Positions 14,970-21,152 of a stretch of 21,152 nucleotides of DNA are shown here, piece after piece. Positions within the stretch are counted from its first letter, which is position 1; each line of letters opens with the position of its first letter. Source of the DNA: Candidatus Baldrarchaeum yapensis (GTDB taxonomy: Archaea; Asgardarchaeota; Baldrarchaeia; Baldrarchaeales; Baldrarchaeaceae); NCBI GenBank assembly GCA_016840465.1, contig JAEOSH010000041.1:1-21152 (forward strand). Reading direction: 5' to 3'. The notes below the pieces were generated by a model. The model was given only the letters and a program-made list of their open reading frames with translations. It searched no databases and was not told where the DNA came from. Made by a program: the position numbers and the translations under genes.

Positions 14970-15848
14970 ATGAGGTCGGGTATTGTGGAGAGCATGGAGG
15001 CGCTCGTATCGGAGGCGGAACGTACCGGTAAGAAAATAGGAGAGCTGGTGCTGGAGTACGAGGCGAAACTGAAGGATGTGCCGAGGGATGAGGTTTGGAG
15101 GGAAATGGAGAGGCGCTGGAGGGTGATGAAAGACTCTGTGATAAAGGCGACTGCAAAGCCGCCCCAACTTCCGTTTAAAGAGTTAACGGGCATGAGCCGG
15201 AAAGTCCTGACCCGGAAGCCCCTCTTTCTGGGAAGCCCCCTAATGAAAGCTGTTGCGAGATCCATGGCGGTTGCGGAGTACAACGCATCGATGGGTAGAA
15301 TATGCGCGGCTCCAACCGCCGGGTCTGCGGGGATACTTCCGGCGGTACTTTACACCGTGATGGAAGAGTATGAGATCTCCGAGGACAGTATAGTGCTTGC
15401 GCTGTTCACGGCGGGAGGAATAGGACTGATCATTGCAAATAGGGCGTCGATAAGCGGTGCGGAGGCGGGGTGTCAAGCGGAATGTGGTGTTGCCTCCGCA
15501 ATGGCGGCGGGCGCCCTTGTGGAGCTATTTGAGGGATCGCCAAGGATGGTCGCCGACGCGGTCGCGATTGCTCTTAAGAACTTAATGGGACTGATATGTG
15601 ACCCTGTAGCCGGTCTCGTGGTCTCCCCATGTATAAAGCGCAATGCAATTGGAGTGATGAATGCATTTCTGTCGGCGGAGATGGCATTGGCTGGTGTTAA
15701 AAGCCTGATACCATGCGACGAGGTCATAGACGCCATGGGAGAGGTCGGAAGGAAACTCCCACTCGAGTTTAAGGAAACGGGATTGGGAGGTATTGCTGCG
15801 ACCCCGACGGCGGAGAAATTGAAGAAATCGCTGACGGGTCAAATTTAG
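14970..15848 (+). CDS. sdaAA: L-serine dehydratase, Fe-S dependent, alpha subunit
   Basis: EYNASMGRICAAPTAGSAG, SGAEAGCQAECG, LMGLICDPVAGLV, PCIKRN and ETGLGGIA motifs; the three cluster Cys are retained; GAGGTGA RBS. Confidence 0.94.
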   Translation: MRSGIVESMEALVSEAERTGKKIGELVLEYEAKLKDVPRDEVWREMERRWRVMKDSVIKATAKPPQLPFKELTGMSRKVLTRKPLFLGSPLMKAVARSMAVAEYNASMGRICAAPTAGSAGILPAVLYTVMEEYEISEDSIVLALFTAGGIGLIIANRASISGAEAGCQAECGVASAMAAGALVELFEGSPRMVADAVAIALKNLMGLICDPVAGLVVSPCIKRNAIGVMNAFLSAEMALAGVKSLIPCDEVIDAMGEVGRKLPLEFKETGLGGIAATPTAEKLKKSLTGQI

Positions 15849-15928
15849 AAATACCGATCGAAAATCGCAGACGAATTAGGAAGTATAGTGGTAATGCTGG
15901 TGGCATCGATATTGGCCGCACCACGGAC

Positions 15929-15936
15929 TTTAAATA
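15929..15936 (+). promoter_or_regulatory. TATA box (TTTAAATA); probable leaderless start at 15957
   Basis: 28 nt before ATG 15957. Confidence 0.5.
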
Positions 15937-15956
15937 CCATCTGCCGAAACTCCTAA

Positions 15957-16817
15957 ATGGTGGAACCGATGGTGAGCACCGAGGAATTGAAGAGTGCATT
16001 TCTGGATCTGCTGGAGAAGGACAAGGAGTTCCGGTACGCGGTTGCGGCGCGGATAGGGCTACTGGAGATACTGCAACGTCTCGATGGGATAGAGAATGGT
16101 CAGAGGAAGATCTGGGAGGAGATAAAGAAGATCTGGGAAGAAATTCGGAAGCTTCGGGAGGAGCAGACGAAGATATGGCAGGAGAATCGGAAAATATGGC
16201 AGGAGATAGAGAAGCTAAGAAAGGAGCAGACGAGAACCTGGGAGGAGATTCGGAAGATATGGCAGGAAATCCAAAAGTTGCGGGAGGAGCAGACGAAGAT
16301 ATGGCAGGAGATCGAAAAGCTACGTGAGGGTCAGAACAGGATTTGGGAGGAGATTCGGAAGATATGGCAGGAAATAAGGAACATGCGTGAGTCGTTCGAG
16401 AAGAGGTTTGAACAGATAGATGCGAGGCTCAACAGGGTTGAGAGGACGCTGGAGAAGCTCACGCTGGAGATGGAGGAAGAGGCACGGGAGGTTGTCAGCT
16501 ACCGGCTCAGGAAAATGGGAATTCACGTGGATCTGGACGTTCTTAAGCTTCCCGATATGGAGATAAACCTCTACGGCGCGACGGAGAAGGTGTGTGTTAT
16601 CGGAGAGGCGAAGGTGAGGGCGGGCATAAGCGCGGTCCAAGAACTTGCGGATAAATTTGAGAGGCTGAAGAAGCTATACTCGAGCCTCCTCCGGGAGAAA
16701 ATAATACTGATTCTATACGTAACGACGGCGACTCCCGGTGCCATCGAGGAGGCCAAGAAGAGAGGTATCTGGATTTTGAAGATGACCAAAGATCTGACCC
16801 CACCTCCCAAGATTTGA
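15957..16817 (+). CDS. Archaeal heptad-repeat coiled-coil protein with C-terminal PD-(D/E)xK-like domain (DUF3782/DUF1626-like architecture)
   Basis: N-terminal LDLLEKDKEFRYAVA, 14 heptads, C-terminal MEINLYG...VIGEAKVR...ILILY. Confidence 0.75.
   Translation: MVEPMVSTEELKSAFLDLLEKDKEFRYAVAARIGLLEILQRLDGIENGQRKIWEEIKKIWEEIRKLREEQTKIWQENRKIWQEIEKLRKEQTRTWEEIRKIWQEIQKLREEQTKIWQEIEKLREGQNRIWEEIRKIWQEIRNMRESFEKRFEQIDARLNRVERTLEKLTLEMEEEAREVVSYRLRKMGIHVDLDVLKLPDMEINLYGATEKVCVIGEAKVRAGISAVQELADKFERLKKLYSSLLREKIILILYVTTATPGAIEEAKKRGIWILKMTKDLTPPPKI
16101..16394 (+). repeat. In-frame tandem 21-nt (heptad) repeat array, 14 units
   Basis: Units such as QTKIWQE, IRKIWQE and IEKLREE; GAAGATATGGCAGGA occurs four times. 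Confidence 0.9.
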
Positions 16818-16970
16818 TGTGCTCGCCTCAAATTTTGTCAAAATTCCGGGCTTAGCAATTTTCGCGTGAATTATTGGAAGAGTGTGTCCCTCGTTTTACT
16901 ATCTTGGGTTCCTCCATCTTGCGCTCATCGGCTCAAATCATCTTTTTATCCGATGTTGGAAGTTATTAAG

Positions 16971-18521
16971 ATGTGTGGGATGTTTATGGAGGAAATAATA
17001 TTCTGCGGCGATGATGTCCTAGTGTACAATTTCGACGATAGGGTGAAGATATTCTATCCACCGGATCCTATCCCACCGCTGGAAGATCCCGATAGGGCGG
17101 TGCTAGATGCTATTAGAAGCCCAATAGGATCGAAGCCGATAAGCGAACTCGTTGATGCGGCCTCTAATGTGGTAATAGCGTTTGATGACATGTGTGTCCC
17201 TCTCCCACATAGCAGGAAAAAGGATCCTAGGGCGATCGCCGCCAGGGCGGTGGTGGCTGAACTGGAGAATGCGGGTGTTAAGAAGGAAAACATAACATTT
17301 ATCTGTGCACGGGGGCTCCATAGGAGATGCAAGCCTCAAGAGCTCAGAATGATCCTCGGCTCTGATATTGTTAAGGAGTTTAAAGACCGGATCTTGCATC
17401 ATAACCCCACCGACCCCGGGAACCTTGTAAAGATCGGAGAGACACCTTCCGGACACGTTGTGGAGATAAATAAGGTCGCCGCAGAGGCCGACCTTCTAAT
17501 TTATCTCAACATCACCTTTACACCCATGAACGGGGGCTGGAAGTCGTTCATCATAGGCCTCGGATCTTATAGCACGATAAGGGCGAGCCATATACCCGAG
17601 GTCACCGGGAAGGGGCATTTAATGGATCCCGAGCGATCGATGTTGCACAAGATAATATGGGAGATGGGGCAGGTTCTAAAGGAAAGGGTGAATGTTTTCA
17701 CCGTGGAAAGCGTGGTGAATAACGATTTTTACAGTGGCCTGCTTGGTCGCCTGTGGAGGCCGCTTAAGGGGCAGTCTTCGAGAATTAGAAAGATCCTGTT
17801 GAAACTGATGGGTAAGTCTCCCAAATTCTTAAAGAGGATCGTTAGGAGGAAGTATCGTGCAAACTACGCGCCGATAGGATTCTTCGCCGGAGATCCGGAG
17901 GAGGCCCATAAGGAAACACTGAAACTTGTGGAGAAGCAGATGCTCGTGAGAGTTGATCAACAGTTCGATGTTGTAATCTTCGGACTGCCCAACTTATGTC
18001 CTTACAGCGTGGGAACGGAGTTAAACCCCGTACTTCTTCACACCACGATCTTCGGGTATCTTGTAAACATGTACAAGGGCAAACCTCCCCTTAAGAGGGG
18101 AGGGGTATTGGTGGTTGCAAATCCAGCGGAGAAGGTTTTTGACCTCGAGCAACATCCCTCCTACGCGGAGCTTTACTACAAGATTCTTCCAAACATTACG
18201 AAGATGGAGGATTTAGAGAATTACGAGAAGGAGTTTCTCGAGCGAGAGGATTTAATGCAGAAATTCGTGCAGAGATACGCCTACCATCCTATCCACGCGA
18301 TAATAGCGTACTACTGGGGTGCGATGGGCAGGAAGCACGCGGGAAGAACAATAATAGCGGGCGCAAAAAGTGAGGACGTTCTCAAAAGGTTAGGACTGGA
18401 AGATGCAAAAGACCTCGACGACGCTATTCGCAAAGCAAAGGAATACGCCGGCGAGGACGCATCCATCGCTTACCTCTTCATGCCACCGTTGTTCATCGCA
18501 GACCTCTCTGCCAGCATCTAG
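16971..18521 (+). CDS. LarA (lactate racemase/DUF2088)-like protein, long variant
   Basis: VLDAIRSPIGSKPI, IAFDD, ICARGLHRR, NGGWKS..GL.SY.TIRASH and GGVLVV motifs. Start set at ATG 16971, 28 nt after TTTTTAT (16943); ATG 16980 or 16986 are also possible. Confidence 0.8.
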   Translation: MCGMFMEEIIFCGDDVLVYNFDDRVKIFYPPDPIPPLEDPDRAVLDAIRSPIGSKPISELVDAASNVVIAFDDMCVPLPHSRKKDPRAIAARAVVAELENAGVKKENITFICARGLHRRCKPQELRMILGSDIVKEFKDRILHHNPTDPGNLVKIGETPSGHVVEINKVAAEADLLIYLNITFTPMNGGWKSFIIGLGSYSTIRASHIPEVTGKGHLMDPERSMLHKIIWEMGQVLKERVNVFTVESVVNNDFYSGLLGRLWRPLKGQSSRIRKILLKLMGKSPKFLKRIVRRKYRANYAPIGFFAGDPEEAHKETLKLVEKQMLVRVDQQFDVVIFGLPNLCPYSVGTELNPVLLHTTIFGYLVNMYKGKPPLKRGGVLVVANPAEKVFDLEQHPSYAELYYKILPNITKMEDLENYEKEFLEREDLMQKFVQRYAYHPIHAIIAYYWGAMGRKHAGRTIIAGAKSEDVLKRLGLEDAKDLDDAIRKAKEYAGEDASIAYLFMPPLFIADLSASI

Positions 18522-18545
18522 AACATCCTCAGTACTTCCCCCCAT

Positions 18546-19472
18546 CTATAACATCGCTTCACTTTTAATTTCTTGATCTAAATTCCTTTGACGAGTTTTA
18601 GGAACTCTCTCCTCCACCACATATGGTAGTTTCTTAGTTCTGAATATGACAATTTTGTCCCCAAATTCTCTCAAATACGTCAGCACAACCTCCTTGCCCC
18701 TCTCCGTTAACGCGAACACTGGTATTGCGACACCTATCTGGAGTAGTGCAATGCTTCCTATCCTCTCCCTGACAATCTTGGAGGCGCTCGCCCACACAAG
18801 ATCCGCCTTTTTCAGATTATCAACATCAGTATCCCGAATACAGGTATTGCACACCGAAAACACGGTGACGCTTATATCCTCACTCTCTTTCATGCTCCTA
18901 ATGACGGGTATCTTATCCGCGTCAAAACCGCTGACGGTAACGGCAATTTTCTTATGACCGAGTTCTATTGCCCTCCGGATGCCCTCAACCTGATCTATGA
19001 GTGCTCTTTCCCTGTCAAGTAAAATTCCTCCCCTATCCTCGATATGGCCTATTATCTCCGGCACCGGACTTGTTTTCACGATTCCCGTGAGAAATGCTCC
19101 TATCTCCTGAACAAGATCAGGATTGGTGGAAATTACCGTACCCGCACCCTCGCACACAGTCACGGCGCAATCAAAGAGCCCTGCGCGCATGCACACCCTT
19201 ATCATCTCTGATGCTCCGAAAGGCACCACGTTCGATGATGTGAACATCCTATGCGGGCATCCAAACCCCGTTTTCTCTATCTTGAGGATAACACTCCTGA
19301 TGACGGCGTCCTTATCGATAGTACCGGTTTTGTAAAGCATCTCGTGAAGCGGACAGAACTCAACAGTGGGCTCGTCCAGCACCTCGACGCCATCGCCGGA
19401 AACCCTGACCCTCGCCCCGCAACAGTAGAATATGTGCTCTCCACGTACTGGTAGCTTTTTCTTTAACTTCAT
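18546..19472 (-). CDS. DUF2099 / methanogenesis marker 8-like protein
   Basis: EH...RVRV...EP.VEFCPL, FG.SE, DCAVTVCEGAGTVIS..P.LVQ.IG, TSP, IDQVEG...A...G.K.IAVT, ASK and Q.G..IPVF..T..GK match the family as I recall it. Confidence 0.75.
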   Translation of the reverse strand: MKLKKKLPVRGEHIFYCCGARVRVSGDGVEVLDEPTVEFCPLHEMLYKTGTIDKDAVIRSVILKIEKTGFGCPHRMFTSSNVVPFGASEMIRVCMRAGLFDCAVTVCEGAGTVISTNPDLVQEIGAFLTGIVKTSPVPEIIGHIEDRGGILLDRERALIDQVEGIRRAIELGHKKIAVTVSGFDADKIPVIRSMKESEDISVTVFSVCNTCIRDTDVDNLKKADLVWASASKIVRERIGSIALLQIGVAIPVFALTERGKEVVLTYLREFGDKIVIFRTKKLPYVVEERVPKTRQRNLDQEIKSEAML

Positions 19473-19945
19473 TGCTCTCCCCGAAGCCTCCTTCTGAGCC
19501 TATAAAGCGCCAGCGCAGCGGTTGCAATGGGACCAACGTCCCCCTCGACATCGAGCCTCACTGGCGTTCCTAAGGACAACTCCGCCCTTGTAAAACTGGG
19601 CTCCATCCCGCCGAAGATCAGCATCACCTTCTTGCCCTCACTCAGTTTCTTAATAACCTCCTCCTCATCGAACTCCTTCTCCGCATACCGTGGTGGGACG
19701 AACAGGTAGATCGTGGACGGCTCGAATAACTCTATTGCGTCCTTAAGATCAGGAAGGCACACAAGCCTCTTCTTCTCCTTATAGATTATTTTAAACGCCT
19801 CCGGAACGCCGGTGACCGCGGCAGAACCCTCAACCTTTGTCACCACAAATCCGCTGAAGCCCAACCCCGCGATGAGCCTCGCCATGTCCTTGACCCTCTG
19901 CACACTACTCACACCGTGGAACACCACCACCAACCTTTCCTCCAT
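19469..19945 (-). CDS. Archaeal SPOUT-fold putative RNA methyltransferase (DUF2122/COG4080-like)
   Basis: VVFHGVSSVQRVKDMAR, VTK..GSAA.TGVPEA.K, LPDLKDAIEL and LIFGG.EPSF..AEL..G motifs. Start at ATG 19945 (GGTGA RBS); its TGA overlaps the next ATG (ATGA). Confidence 0.75.
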   Translation of the reverse strand: MEERLVVVFHGVSSVQRVKDMARLIAGLGFSGFVVTKVEGSAAVTGVPEAFKIIYKEKKRLVCLPDLKDAIELFEPSTIYLFVPPRYAEKEFDEEEVIKKLSEGKKVMLIFGGMEPSFTRAELSLGTPVRLDVEGDVGPIATAALALYRLRRRLRGEQ

Positions 19946-20198
19946 ATGATCACCGCCGAACACGACTTCGGATCCGATACCTTGATAAAGTGACTCTCTT
20001 CTCCTTTTCTACTTTAACACTTTCTGCAAAAAACTCGGTGCATCACAACACGGAGGCTGGATAAAATCAGCCTGCAGGACACTCCGCTCGAAGAATTTCT
20101 CCTGTAATCTCCGATTCCAGAGATCCGCCGTAATCTGTTTAACGGAGCTGGATGTTACTCCTTCTCACGAATCTCCGAGATTTTTTGAGAATCTAACA

Positions 20199-20867
20199 TT
20201 ATTCAGATAGCTTTATAGGCTCGTAGTATTGATCGATGATCCCCTTCCACTTCTTGTCCCTATATTCGGGTAACGAAATGTTGGGGTAACGGGGCTTCGC
20301 CAGAACCTCTAAAACTTCAAACGCTTCGAAAAACCTGCCACTATATGTTGTTTTTACCAGAGCTGCCGTATCGAGACCCTTGTAGGTGCCGGCCAGAGAG
20401 ATTACCTCTTCACCGTCCTCAAGCACACCCGCATCCGTCGCCATAACCGCCACCTCTATCGCTATCTTAACACCCTGACCGAATATTCCGAGAGTCCTAT
20501 CTATGTAGGTGAGAGGAGTCGGGATGTTTCAGCCCAAGGATCTTTCAAGGCATGCAAGCGGTCTCGTGCCTTGAATCACAACGACGCCATGTCTCTCAAG
20601 GTACCTTCTAACCTCCCCCGTAATCCCTATATAGGGATGTCGCCCTTGGGGCCCCAGGTCTTTGCCGGATAGTGAGTCACCACGATCAACCGTATCTCGG
20701 TACCCCGAAGGATATTCAGAGCCTTAAGGGCGCTCCTGCCGGTCTCGGATACAACCACGACCTTCTTAATGACCAATTCTAGGGCCCTTTTCCTCGCAAT
20801 CCTGATTACCTCTCCCATTCACTTCACCACAGTACCGAAATAGTAACATTTCCGCCTTCTCGTACAT
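20199..20867 (-). pseudogene. Pyruvate-kinase alpha/beta (PK_C-like, COG1751) protein, disrupted
   Basis: Reconstructed as MYEKAEMLLFRYCGEVN / GEVIRIARKRALEL..VVVVSETGRSALKA..VVTH..GDIPI / GITGEVRRYLE..QGTRP..SLG*NIP..FGQGVKIAIEVAVMATDAG..SLAGTYKGLDTA..LAKP. There is a frameshift near 20817, a frameshift near 20630 and an in-frame TGA at 20531-20529. Confidence 0.85.
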
Positions 20868-20917
20868 CGGCAACTCCTCCTAGCACCAATAATCGCTAGG
20901 TAATAGATTTAGCACTT

Positions 20918-21152
20918 CTACTTGATATGGTACACCTTTATTCCTAATTTATCCGCGATGGCCGCTTGTCCTTCGTCACTGGTCAAAAGTTCTCCATATG
21001 TCGACGCCTGTGCCAAATATAAGGAATCGTACACCGTAATCCCATATTTGAACGATATCTCAACCGCCTTGTCGAGATACAACCTCTCATCCTCTATCAC
21101 AATGATTCCCTCCTCCACAAGCCTCTTCAGTTGCCCATAAAGAACCTGTGCC
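20918..21152 (-). CDS. PIN-domain (VapC-like) ribonuclease, 5' part outside the window
   Basis: The frame is open to the window edge (AQVLYGQLKRLVEEG...). C-terminal PIN motifs AVEIS.KYGITVYDSLYLA and LLTSD are present. Confidence 0.85.
   Translation of the reverse strand, partial: AQVLYGQLKRLVEEGIIVIEDERLYLDKAVEISFKYGITVYDSLYLAQASTYGELLTSDEGQAAIADKLGIKVYHIK

Noticed and set aside
16101-16394. Repeat array considered as CRISPR
   Set aside because: In-frame 21-nt coding repeats without unique spacers; no cas genes in the window.
19964-20198. Open minus-strand frame of about 47 codons (TSSVKQ...QKVLK) and a short AATCTC-C-GAGATT palindrome
   Set aside because: No start codon or RBS and no recognisable similarity.
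20529-20531. In-frame TGA as selenocysteine
   Set aside because: The gene has two additional frameshifts, the context suits Trp (TGG to TGA), and no SECIS-like element was recognised.
296-21140. Numerous ORF-track entries antisense to or overlapping the genes called above (e.g. 306..599, 1345..1770, 3464..3889, 12305..12871, 14879..15283, 20922..21140)
   Set aside because: Shadow frames of well-supported genes, with Ser/Pro/Thr-rich composition and no recognisable motifs.

Overview
This is a gene-dense archaeal window, most likely from an Asgard archaeon (inference). It carries three eukaryotic-signature-type genes: a clearly eukaryote-like but divergent actin, a longin/uDENN-like protein and a roadblock/longin-like + winged-helix protein. 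It also has archaeal housekeeping genes (TtuA/Ctu1, ApgM, SPOUT-like, PIN) and GGTGA/GGAGG ribosome-binding sites with BRE-TATA promoters. About 21 intact or edge-truncated CDS and two pseudogenes can be supported. One CDS is absent from the ORF track: an iodotyrosine-deiodinase-like flavoprotein at the left edge. The most notable non-coding signals are two minus-strand, TATA-driven, GC-rich box C/D-like RNA candidates. One is a compact 78-nt RNA (6881-6958) with a well-formed internal K-turn. The other is an extended RNA of about 155-190 nt (about 10809/10843-10997) lying where the middle of a decayed acyl-CoA dehydrogenase gene should be. No CRISPR array, rRNA, tRNA or transposase was seen. 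All family calls are motif recognition by eye; no database search or folding program was run.
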